DNA of 64,000 nt, taken from Rhodosorus marinus CCMP1338. Taxonomy: Eukaryota > Plantae > Rhodophyta. The stretch lies in NCBI GenBank assembly GCA_029953675.1, contig JAMWBK010000001.1, positions 2,852,001-2,916,000 on the forward strand, read 5' to 3'. Shown here in pieces: positions 14,842 through 25,456 of this stretch. A program made the position numbers and the translations under genes. The notes beneath the pieces were generated by a model. That model was not told the DNA's origin, made no database searches, and was given only the letters and a program-made list of their open reading frames with translations. Positions within the stretch are counted from its first letter, which is position 1; each line of letters begins with the position of its first letter.

Positions 14842-15127
14842 CTGGCGCATAGGTAGAAGGCTAACGTCATGCGAGAAGTTTGATATGCACCTCTACAAAT
14901 GCTCTAAAGACTTTACAGTGTACCATTGCCCAACAAAGGCAGCTCTGTTTTGAACCCTAGCGGCTTCCGGGCACATCTAAAATACATTACGCCATAATTT
15001 CTACATTCGTTCCTCAAAGCTGTATATACGTCTCGCACTGTGAGGGTATTTACCCCTGTCCATGATTTCGTCCTCTAGACCTCCTGATCCAACAGGAGAC
15101 TCGAGAAGATCCTGCCCTTCTCGAAGA

Positions 15128-16130
15128 ACCCCGATATTGAAGGAATATATTCGGCAGGATTTTTATAGAGGGTAAACTATGAAATTTTTACTAGAGAGAG
15201 AACCGATGAAGCTGGCGCCGACCAGCAGGCCTCTTTACTCTGATAGTAAAGAGTCCCATTGATCATTATCTAGATCCTTGAACCATTAGGGAGGGTATAA
15301 CTGCTTTCTGTTGAGCTGAAGCCTGTCTGTTCGCTTTTGTACTTGCAGATGGTGCATTTCGGCTTGTGTGAAGTTCTTGTGGTTGAGCACGGCCGTGGTC
15401 CACCCTGGATCCGTGAATCGAGGGGTTTACGTGCTTGTCAGGAGCTAGAAGCGGGATTCTGACCGATTGGTACCTAAACGGGTGGACTAATATTTTTTAG
15501 CGGCCAAGCCTAGTGCTATAGCATGCGCTTCAAATCCGCCCGCTTTTTCGCCAGACTTGAATCTGACGCGGCAGAATACTAACACGGCTTTGTAAACAAC
15601 CTGCGACTGTTTCTATCACGATTTTGACGCCTTTTTAACAGTTAAAGCCTCGGGTTGTGCTGTCCACTCCATAGCTTGCTCACATCAGAGTGCAAAGGTG
15701 TGCTCCTAACAAGCGTTTTTCTAAAAACAATTGTGATCTGAAACGTTATCCTGGGGCTCTATCCTAAAGATTCACAGACCTCCTCGCCCATGACAAAATA
15801 ATATCCGCTGTCCCTGTCCTCTTACAACCAAACCTGGTTGACAGACGAGTTGATTTTCGTTGGCAACGCGTTTGGGCAAAACCACAAGGACTTTACACAA
15901 GCCGAAATGCACCATCAAGTACAAAAGCGAAAAGACAGGCTTCAGCTCTACAGAAAGCACTCCCTAATGGTTCAAGGATCTAGATAATGATCAATGGGCT
16001 ATCAGAGTAAAGGGGCCTGCTGGTCCGTGCCAGGTTCATCGGTTCACTGTCTAGGATGGATGCAAAATTTCATATTCCACCCCCTATAAAAATCGTGCCG
16101 CATATATTCTATTAATATCCTTCAAGGGGT
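15128..16130. mobile_element. ~1 kb foldback/MITE-like element with ~250-bp imperfect inverted arms
   Basis: Arm 15128-15384 is the reverse complement of 15880-16130 (e.g. CATTGATCATTATCTAGATCCTTGAACCATTAGGGAG, GATGGTGCATTTCGGCTTGTGT), with a few indels. Ends are ACCCC...GGGGT. No transposase and no clear TSD. Confidence 0.65.
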
Positions 16131-17147
16131 AGAAAAATATTTCAATTAAAACTATTTTATTTTATTGAAATTTATTTCTCATCGAAAAATGTTTCTCTTG
16201 GGGGTAAAAATATCTGGATGAGTTTGGTCCTCGTGGTAAGGGGGGTTGTAAGAATCTTGCAAATAATTGATAAGCAACGGGTGAAGCAGTGCCCTTGACT
16301 AGGGTTTGTAAGTAGCTCGAATCGGTGTTTGCTTGAAACTTAGGAAATGATATCCACTATGTTGAAGCTGAAAGGAGGATGTAGGGTAGATCTGAGTTTT
16401 TGAAGAAGTTTCGATTAGCATCACAGCACCGCTGAATCTGGCAACTAATCAGTTGCTACAACCGTTGAGCATGAGGGAAGGTATCCCCGCTTCAGCGGAG
16501 ATGCTTCTGACGCTTGTCACTCGTTTCCGTACATGAGATAGGATCTTTGCCTGGATCCATCTCCAGCTTCTAATGGATTTCGAATTGGCTCTGCTAAGTT
16601 ACTCAGGATTGCAGAGTAGGCGCGTTCATTTCCAGAGGGTGCGTTGGAAAGTCAGGACCTTGCGCGCTGCATCTGGTGGTCTAGTACAAACATCAATCGA
16701 TTAGGTTCTGTCGCTACTTCTCTGGATTACCAAGCGTTTTCGCTTTGGAGTGGTTGTAGGGGAAGACCGGAATGGGTAACCGTCTGTAGAGGAGTAAGTC
16801 CAAGGCTGTTCTTTCCTTGGCTGTACTCGGGAGGGGAAGGCGACTCTTCCAAAACGTCTTTGGAAAATCCCAAGGAACTTTTTTGAGGTAGGCGCTTTTT
16901 TTTCAGAAGTTTACGGTCGGCGGCTCAGCTTTGATTGAGGACTAAGTTGACACCGGAGCGAGGCCCTTCGGAGTTTGAAGGATAGCATCGATTCAACCAG
17001 TAATGACGAAATGTCGTAGCTTCACTGACTTGGTAAGGATAACGTAGACGCGTGTATGTTTACGAGGACTGAGCCTAAGAACGTTGAGTGTCTTGAAACC
17101 AGAGTCGGAGGGCCCAGAATCGCTGACCGTGCAATGTCTCTCTCACT

Positions 17148-17240
17148 CGACTGGGGGAGTACTCTCCGGTCCCCCATGCCGGAGACCCACCTGGTCCCCT
17201 GATGTGGCCAGCCCGCAAGGGGGCTGGCCACCGACTGAGT
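17148..17240. other. GC-rich structured element (pseudoknot-capable block plus 11-bp hairpin), possible ncRNA
   Basis: TGGGGGA(17152-58)/TCCCCCA(17170-76) interleaved with TCTCCGG(17163-69)/CCGGAGA(17179-85). Hairpin GTGGCCAGCCC-gcaagg-GGGCTGGCCAC at 17204-17231. Confidence 0.4.
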
Positions 17241-17777
17241 TTGGAGTAGACTTCGTTTCGGACTCTGTGAGGGTTGGCTAATTGACGAGTCACGTAGATG
17301 TCTGAGGGATTATGTGAACGCTTCCTCACGAGAGTAGTACTGATTTTGGGGAACAAATAAGATCATCCAGAGACAATAAGCACGGCTGAACTGCCCGTGC
17401 GAGTTCGACCATCCTCGGTACTGAGCGGAGACGACGTCACGGAGAACATCGACTTGTCCATAAGCAACCCCAGTATCTTCTTCCAGACGTGGTTCACCAT
17501 TCATTGTTCTTGCGTATCAGCAAGCCTCCACTGCACACAGTGCTGGTCAAATCCCCGGCTAAGTGCCAGGCTTTAGACGCTATGGGGTCTGCCCGGTCCT
17601 TCACGCGGTATCGACTGTTGCTTTGAGAGGAAACCGAACTGCCAAAGCTCAGTTTTAGTTTACCGCTCAATGGGTAATTTTGGACATTTCTTAATATACA
17701 ATACAAGCATTTGTTCCGTCTCCATGTTCCGAGGTAGATCGCGCTAAGCACGACGCCGGCATTAGGACAACCTGTCA

Positions 17778-18325
17778 TTAAACCCGGACCAACTTCTTCA
17801 GCTGTTTCTTGCTCATCTTTTTGATGGTCTTCGGGTTGGTGACCTGTGGATGGAGACAACCATACTTGTTGTTTAGAGCCGGTTTTGAGCAACCGAAAAA
17901 GTTTGTTGTCTTTTTTTCGACCTCACTCACCATCTGGCTCTTCGAGCTTCTCAGTCGATTCTCTTCCTTAGTTTTCCGCTTCTGGCGAAGCCTGTCCCTT
18001 TCGGCCTAAAGCAAAAACCGAGAAAACAAGGGTCAACCTTCCTCTTCAGAAACAGTCCTCAGAATGGAAGACCAAAAAAACCGCCGGTCCCTACCTCCTT
18101 AGCTGCCCTTTCCTCCTCCTTCTTTTCCTTAACAGCAGCAGATAGAGCTTTCTTCTTGGCCCTTTGTTCCCTCCTCTTCTCCACAGATAGCTTCAACGAC
18201 GGCACATTGACCACAGAAGAATACCTCTGCTTCCTCGCTGCTCTCCACGGCCTCGCTCCACCTCGAGACGGTACTTTGCCCACCTCCTTTCCGAGTAGCT
18301 CCCTTCCACCTTTCTCATTAGTCAT
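17778..18325 (-). CDS. CGR1: Cgr1/CCDC86-family nucleolar rRNA-processing protein, 3 exons, 123 aa
   Basis: Exons 18095-18325, 17931-18005, 17778-17843. Basic coiled coil (RYSSVVNVPSLKLSVEKRREQRAKKK) and the C-terminal VTNPKTIKKMSKKQLKKL typical of the family. Confidence 0.82.
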
Positions 18326-18779
18326 GCTTGTACTCTCTATATATCCTAAGTCCTATCCTTTCCCACGAAAAAAAACCTCCTTAACTCCGACCGCATGAAA
18401 AGTGACCTTCCTCGTCGGCATCCACACTTTTTCAGTCCACCGCTGCGCCGTTACCGATGTCCCATCTGGGTTATGGGACAGATGGGACAGTGCGACAGTT
18501 TACTGAGTAGGTGGGTGGGTGTGGCGGGAAGCAATCAGTTCGAAAGTCCACACCTCTAAACCCGCTAGTTCTATGCCAAATGGAGGTATGAATAGGACGG
18601 AGGGATTCAACCCACTATCTTAATTCACTCCGAAAATAAAACTTCGTTGTTTTATTTTTCTATCCTCCTGCTCCCTATCCTCTACCTTTCCGTCTCTTTC
18701 CCAGTGAACTCCATAACCCTGTGGCTTGCCTAGCGTCCCCAATCTCCTTTCTGGGACGGGGGGTGTCACAGACTTTCAC

Positions 18780-19420
18780 GCGGTGAAGGTGTTTATTCGC
18801 CATAATCTCATCTTATTCGGGGCCAACAGCCCTCATACGAGGAAAATCTCTAGCAAACGGACAGAACGGGTCTCTAAAACTAAGGCAACCAAGGTGGCGT
18901 GGAAAATATCTCAACGCCGAGAGGAAACGCGAGTGATTCTCATCGCGATCGCGAAACTGTACCAAAGTCTAGCCGCGTCTGGACTATCCACGAGGCCGAG
19001 TACCTCAAGGACTAGAGGGACCAGCTGGATTTTTGTTAAGAGACTAATAATCACCCCTGGAAAGGGCCGCGCTTGAGCAGCGGCTTTCTCCTCCGTCGGA
19101 AAGGAATGACCTCTAGAGCTAAGGTGGCGTTGGAACGCCATGGCATAAATCTCAAAACGAAGCGAGTTAAGAGCCTACGTTACCAGTTTCAGGCCCAGCT
19201 TGTCCAGTGTTGGTTCCTGACAGCTCTTGCGCGATAGTGAAGGTGAATCCTGGGCAGATGCAGGTGTGCGTTGAAGAATCGACTTTTCCAGCCAATTCCT
19301 TTCACAACGCCTCTTACTCTCTAAATTTATTAGCGGCTCGTCGACTCTATCCCTTCCTTTCTTTGACGCGCGGTTGGGAGGGCTATTGTCCTCTGCATCG
19401 ATAGACATTCCATTCACCAG
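18780..19420 (-). pseudogene. Unknown intron-containing gene or pseudogene, homologous to 45950-46430
   Basis: About 200 bp align with 45950-46140 (TTCGCGATCGCGATGAGAATCACTCGC vs TTCGTGATCGCGGTGAGACTCACTCGC). Both copies also have an upstream TG|GTAACG donor. Confidence 0.35.
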
Positions 19421-19935
19421 TTTTACCTTACTTGCTGGGGGGTCCTGTATGCTGCCGTACTGCTGCCCTGCTTGTTGCGATGATTATACTCCTGTCAGCC
19501 TACGGCATAACGACGAGCTCTCGCTAAACAGATTTCAAATAGAAGACAAGCTGGTAAACAAACAGCCTGTCCTACACAAAATTTTCTCTATATTCACGAA
19601 TCCAAAGAGGATGTCCCGCACGTCCCACGGGACAGGTCACCTCACCGCCCTCCCGTACAAATTTATCAATAATTAATGAAGTATAATAGACAAGCTGTCC
19701 TTCACCGGTGGATACAGCCTGTCCATTTATTTTTATATTTTATATTCATGTTTCCACTCTCTCTTTTTGTGTTTTTGTGATTTGAGACGCCGTCGCCGCA
19801 GGGGATGGATTTTTGAGTGGGTTTGGGAAGGTGGTAGGAAAGGATGTGAGAGGGGAGGAAAGGGAAGGGGGGAAAGGAGGGAGGGAATAGGAAGCTTAGG
19901 AGTATTGTTTGTTTTGTTTTGTGGAGGTTTATAAG

Positions 19936-20520
19936 ATGGCGAATGTTAGGCATAAGATCCACAAGGAGAATGGGGCTGAGCCTGACATTCTTGAGGAGGC
20001 TGTGGCTCACGCGATGATTGAGCTTGAGGAGTCGAATGAGGATACCTGGGCGGGCCTAAGGGAGATCTTTATCACTGGAGCGAAGGAGATTGATGTTGGG
20101 AGCAAGAAATGCGTGGTCGTTTTCGTTCCCTTCCGGCTCTTGCAGAACGTACACAAGGTCCAGGCTAGGTTGGTGCGGGAGCTTGAGAAGAAGTTCTCCG
20201 GGAAGCATGTTATTGTTGTAGCGTCGAGGAGGATTATGAGGAGGGAGAGAGCTGGAAAGCGACTCCTGGTCCAGAAGAGACCAAGAAACCGAACTCTTAC
20301 TTCGGTGCACCAGGCTACCCTGGAGGATATCGTTTATCCCACTGAGATTGTCGGACAAAGGACTCGATTTAAGATGGACGGCGGGCGTTTATACAAGGTC
20401 CATCTCGACCCAAACGAGAAGCAAAACGTTGAACACAGGACGGAAACCTTCCAAGCTGTGTACAAGAAACTTACTGGAAAGGATGTCGTGTTTGAGTTCC
20501 CAGTTGTGACTGCTGAATAA
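19936..20520 (+). CDS. RPS7: 40S ribosomal protein S7 (eS7), intronless, 194 aa
   Basis: RLVRELEKKFSGKHV, QKRPRNRTLTSVH, LEDIVYPTEIVG, YKKLTGKDVVFEFP. Confidence 0.98.
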   Translation: MANVRHKIHKENGAEPDILEEAVAHAMIELEESNEDTWAGLREIFITGAKEIDVGSKKCVVVFVPFRLLQNVHKVQARLVRELEKKFSGKHVIVVASRRIMRRERAGKRLLVQKRPRNRTLTSVHQATLEDIVYPTEIVGQRTRFKMDGGRLYKVHLDPNEKQNVEHRTETFQAVYKKLTGKDVVFEFPVVTAE

Positions 20521-21080
20521 TTAAGTAAAAGAAGAAAAGCTACTCCGCCATGACTTGGCCTCGTTGAACAGGACTTTGCTAAAGTGACAATCGATCACGC
20601 GGAATCGTAGGATCAGCGGATTGGATTCAATCGCGGAGAGAAGCAGACCTGCGTCCCCAACAAGACCTGTGGTAGTTCACTGATTTCAGCACACCATCAA
20701 GGAATTCAAAACTGCAAGAGGGGTTTCTGAGCTAAGAGCCTGTTGCGCTGCTCGCGTTTGTGAACTCCAAAGGGGTAAACTCGTGCTACTAGCCTTCCAG
20801 CGCGACACTTGAAAGTTCGATTCACCAAAATCTGCCACAACGCCGATGCTCTGAAATATTGGAGCTGCGCTCTGAACCGTGTTTTGAGTTCTAGATTCGA
20901 CATCCACACGGGGAATTTTTGACGAGTAACTAGTTGATCACAATCTCACAGCTTCGTCCTATAGAAAGAGTGTGATCTTTATCGCTTGGTCGTCCTCGCT
21001 TGAGAAACTTGTCTACCGCACATACGATTTTTGAGCTTTCTTGTCCGCGAGATCGGACTCTAGAAACCACTAGGCGACTA

Positions 21081-22219
21081 TCAGTAGCGATCGAAACGAA
21101 CGCTGATGATACGCCCATCTAATTCCGCCTCGTTCAGACGAGAGATCGCATCATTTGCTCCTGCCTCGTCCTCAAAGACGATTGTGCCGATGCCCTTGGA
21201 ACGTCCATCCGGGTTGGTCAGCACGTCCGCACGGATGACTTTCCCGCAAGACCGGAATATGTCCTTCAGTTCTTGCCATCTAATCTGGTAGGGCAGATTT
21301 GTGACTACCACCTTCCTACCACGATCATCCCTGAATCCTCCTCCGCCACCAGCACCACCGCCTCCTGACCCATACTGGAAACCTCCTTCGCCCCTACCAA
21401 AGTCGCCTCCCCTTCCACCTGTCAAGCAAAAAAAAATCAAAAGGAAGCATTAGTCTGCAATGCTCGAGGAATCGGCAAAGCTATTTCACAGCGGCCTACC
21501 GTAGTCATCAAAGCCTCCTCTGGGATCGCGATCGAAACCGCCATCAAAGCCGCCACCTCCTCGGTCAAAGCCGCCACCACCTCCTCGGTCAAAGCCACCG
21601 CCACCGGCGCCAGCTCCACCACCGTAGTCACCGCCAAACCCACCACCACCTCCTCCTCCTCCTCGGTTGAAGAAGCCACCGCCGCCACCACCAGCACCAC
21701 CACCGGCACCGGCGCCGGCACCACCGCCAGATCTGTTGTCTCTATCCTCTCTGACGAAGACTTGCCTACCATCGAGCATGCTATTGTTCATAGTGTTGAT
21801 TGCGTGCATCGCTTCGTCTGTGGACTCATACTCCACGATTCCACAGCCGGCAGACCTACCAGAAGCCTCACTGAAGACTTCCGCGTGAACCACATTACCA
21901 GCCTGGCGCATATGGTCCTTCAAACCCTGCCATCTCGTATCCCACGAGAGATTGCCAACAAACACGGTCCTACATGATCATCCCAACACAATCACCACGT
22001 CAAACACCAGTCCAGAAAGATATGCAAAACCGCAGGAGAAAACAGAGGTTGCTCCATTCTTCGTCATCATCAAGAAAACAAAGAGCTGCAAATAGAGGTC
22101 CAGCTCCACCGCCCATAACGAGAACAAAAATACAGAAAACCAGAACGCGGCTAAATCTACGTCACACCAATAACAACAAAAGTCCATCTTTGAGCGCCAT
22201 CACCACACCTTTCCGACAT
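21081..22219 (-). CDS. GBP2/Gbp1p/hnRNP-M-like protein: two RRMs separated by an RGG/Gly-rich linker, 3 exons, ~272 aa
   Basis: Exons 22209-22219 (ATGTCGGAAAG|GT), 21500-21969, 21081-21418, phases consistent. RRM1 VFVGNLSWDTRWQGLKDHMRQAG...SAGCGIVEY; RRM2 VVVTNLPYQIRWQELKDIFR...SKGIGTIVFE; repeated FDRGGGG. Confidence 0.88.
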
Positions 22220-22924
22220 GTTTCAAAGAATTCCTTTCCCTCTCCAAGAAGAAAACGAACTCCACAATCACCACGAGCCAATCTACTCAAACCCGTCCTC
22301 CTCAAAGGGCCCCACCCTTTTCCCCCACCACCCCAGAAAACCAAAAAGCCTCCTCAACTTCCGTGAGTCCAGAACGCCAACCCCCAAACGCCTCTATTCC
22401 CAAACAGAATCTACCTTCGCAAAACAAAACCAAAAAAACCAAAAAACTACACTTCAGTTCATCATCCACATCGCCCTCCAAACCCCCACATACACACCAA
22501 CAAACAAAAAAAAAAAAAGAGGGAACGCCAATTCCAACACCCCCTCCCGCGTCCTCACCTATCTCAAGATCATACGCTCTCCTCCCCCCCCCCTTTCTTC
22601 TACCTCGCTATTCGCTCCTCTATCCAACTCCCCACCCCAACACTAAAAAAAAAAAAAGCAAAACCAAAAACAAAAGTCAACGCCAATATCTCTGAACTAG
22701 CAACTCACCAACTTTCCTCCTCCAACTCTCACACTACCTCATCTCACTCCGCCCCCTCCCGACCTTCCCCAAATCCAAACCTTTCCATATCTTAAATACT
22801 AATATCCAGCAAGACATCATCTATCTTAATAAGACGTAAGACAACAACCATCTTTTCTTTGTTTTGCGTGTTTTTCACTAAAAATCACTAGATTTTACTA
22901 ACGAGTCAAATATATATATAAATA

Positions 22925-25456
22925 GGGTTGTCATGGGGCGTCCGATAAACGTCCGATATATTTTTTTGAAGTGGATAGACCATTGGGAAAAAGTATAAAA
23001 TAAAGGGGGTGGCGGATTGATATTCTTAAAAAAAACAGGCCCGAATATCCGTCCGATAAGCAGGTCCGATAAATCGTCCGATATTCAATCAAGGTTAGTC
23101 TAAGAATCAATCATCTCCTGTCCAGGTATTGAATCATGACTACTTCTTGGTATGAAAAGCTGCCATTATATGATACAATGAACCATGATTATGTTAGAAC
23201 TCTTCTAACCAACTTGTCTCTTACTCAATTCTAGGTCTCAAGATCTAGCATGGCAAGGCCTTATATAGTCTTGGTTACTGTAAACTAAAACATACATGAC
23301 AGTAAAGTAGAAACCAGTAGATACTAAAACACTGACGTCTTAAACTAAAAGTAGGTGCCTGACACTAAAACATAGACGGATTACACAGCTGTCAGGGGAG
23401 GTTCTCACATTCTTCCCGCAGTGGTTTTGGGCACAAACTCAAGAAGTTGAAGGAAGAGCATCGAGCACTTTTCGGTAGTTGCGGTAGTGCCGGAGGCGTT
23501 GTCGAGACATCGTATCCGTAGGATAGTCGTATTCAGGGAGCCAAATAGCATCAGTCCACAATTCATTTTCGCGGTAGCATGGAAACTGGCTGGTGCCTTC
23601 ATCGTCAGTCCGCACGCTCAATACCGATAGCACAGGTTGCGTCGGGTGCAGATTGGTTCAGACAGGAATATGTCAGGTTTCAGTTGTCCCAGGCAGTGCG
23701 CTCTTCAGTAAAGAAACATGAAATGTCGGGTGTACCCGCATTTCATCAGGTAACTGTAGTGTGTACGCGACGTCCGAATGTTTTTCGATAATTGGAAAGA
23801 GGCCTAACCAGCGAGGTCGAAACCGCATAGTTCCTTCGAAAGGGAGGTTGCGCGTGGACAAATAGACCCTGTCACCAATGTTGAACACGTTCGTGTGACG
23901 CCGTGAATTCGCGTGGTCAGCATATAACTCCTGCGCCAGGGCTATGGACTTTGCGTGCGTCTGCAAGAATTTGTTGTTGTCGTTTCACGAAAGCAGTCGC
24001 CGCGTCGGCAAGATTAGTAATCGCCGGGGTTAGGGTTGAAACGTCCAAGTTCAAACGCGGATGCCCTCCGGTTAACAGAAGATATGGTGAATATCTCGTA
24101 CTGGCCGAAGTATGGTTGTTGTAGGCCAGCTGAAGTAGGGGTAGACACTGCATCCATGTTTGACTTGTTAATCCACATGCCAATCCGTACTCAGGGTAAC
24201 GCGTACGGCTCATAAGGCGTACCGGCTCAGCGCGTCCACTGCGTTTCCTCCAAACGCAAACGACATTGACTCGACGGCAAGCAAGATATGTTAACTTGCT
24301 ATTGCCGTATTCCTTCGAGATTGAATACATACGAGGGAAAATCAACGTAGCGGACGCGCTGAGCCGGGACGCCTTACGAGCCGTACGCGTTACCCCGAGT
24401 ACGGATTGGCATGTGGATTAGCTGGCCGACCCTGAGTTCACCACGCAATTCCAGAGGCCTGGCCAGTTTGAAGGCTTTCAACGAAAAAAGGGCCTACTCT
24501 TCCTATATGCGAGGCTCTGTGTACCCGACAACCGCGGCAACGAAGTTATTCATACTGGCATACATCAGTAACAGCAGGACATTTGGGGGCACAAGCAACG
24601 TATCGCCTGATACGCCGTTCATGGAGTTTAGTTCGGACCCGCTCGATATGGTCGTGCGGCTGGAACTGGATCCGTAACGCTGCCTCGAATGCGTCCAGGG
24701 ATTCGAGGGTCTCCGGTATGACGCCAGAAATGTCTCGATCCTGACGTAGTCGCGCCGACCTTCGTATTGGTGCGGTTGGGGAATCGAGAAAGTTGCCATG
24801 CTCCCGTTTTTTTTTCTTTTTTTTGTTGAAGTTGGTTTCTCTCTCTCTCTCTCTTCGTGGATCAGCCTTTCCTTTCTTCCGTAGGTGATGAGACCACATT
24901 GTCAGAACTCTTGAAACCAACTTGTCTTTTACTAGGTCTCAAGATCTAGCAGAGCTAGGCCCTATATAGTCTTGGTTACTGTAAACTAAAACATACCTGA
25001 CAGTACAGTAGAAACTAGTCGATACTAAAACATTGACGCTTGCACTAAAAGTAGGTACCTGACACTAAAACATAGACGGATTACACAGCTGTCAGGCGAG
25101 GCTCTCACAGATTACTTCTGAACTCGACAGGCTGTTATAGCATTGGTCGCGCAAGCAAAAACCAATCTTTTCGGGATTCCACCGAAAAGGTAAAATCACA
25201 ACCTCGCATATTAATGGAAAAATTTCCATGCGATGAAAAAAGATGAAAAACTCATTGAAAAATATCGGACGCGATCGATCGTTATCGGACGATTTATCGG
25301 ACGAAGCCAATTGTTTTTCTTTTATATTAAGCTATGATAAACTCATATCGGACGGGGGTTCGCAGAAAATACTTTCTATTATTATTAAATACAGGTCCGA
25401 TAAACCTTTATCGGACGCAATTGGATTTTTTTTTTATCGGACGGAAATGACAACCC
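22925..25456. mobile_element. Non-autonomous TIR DNA transposon (hAT-like subterminal repeats), interrupted by an LTR element
   Basis: Termini GGGTTGTCAT (22925) and ATGACAACCC (25447-56). Five GTCCGATA copies on the left (22940, 22951, 23051, 23064, 23076) and six TATCGGAC plus one forward copy on the right (25263-25442). No TSD recognised; the superfamily assignment is an inference. Confidence 0.7.
23192..25109 (-). mobile_element. Internally deleted and rearranged Ty3/gypsy chromovirus-like LTR retrotransposon
   Basis: LTRs 24900-25109 and 23192-23409, TG...CA on the minus strand, about 90% identical by eye. TSD GATTA at 23187-91 and 25110-14; PPT GCGGGAAGAA. Remnants of gag (~24620-24800), RNase H (RQARYVNLLLPYSFEIEYIRGKINVADALSR), integrase Zn finger (HTSVTAGHLG), integrase end (LPLLQLAYNN; IGDRVYL...RWLGLFPI...VHPTFHVSLLK) and a degenerate chromodomain-like segment (~23500-23630). 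Confidence 0.93.

Noticed and set aside
17140-17290. Hammerhead, HDV-like ribozyme or SRP RNA
   Set aside because: CTGATG is followed by T and no GAAA follows the stem. HDV P2/P3/L3 order could not be satisfied. No SRP helix-8 AGG...GCAG motif. Kept only as an unexplained structure.
24885-24899. Canonical tRNA-iMet primer binding site
   Set aside because: The sequence is ATGTGGTCTCATCAC, not TGGTATCAGAGC. A match to another tRNA cannot be excluded without the host tRNA set.
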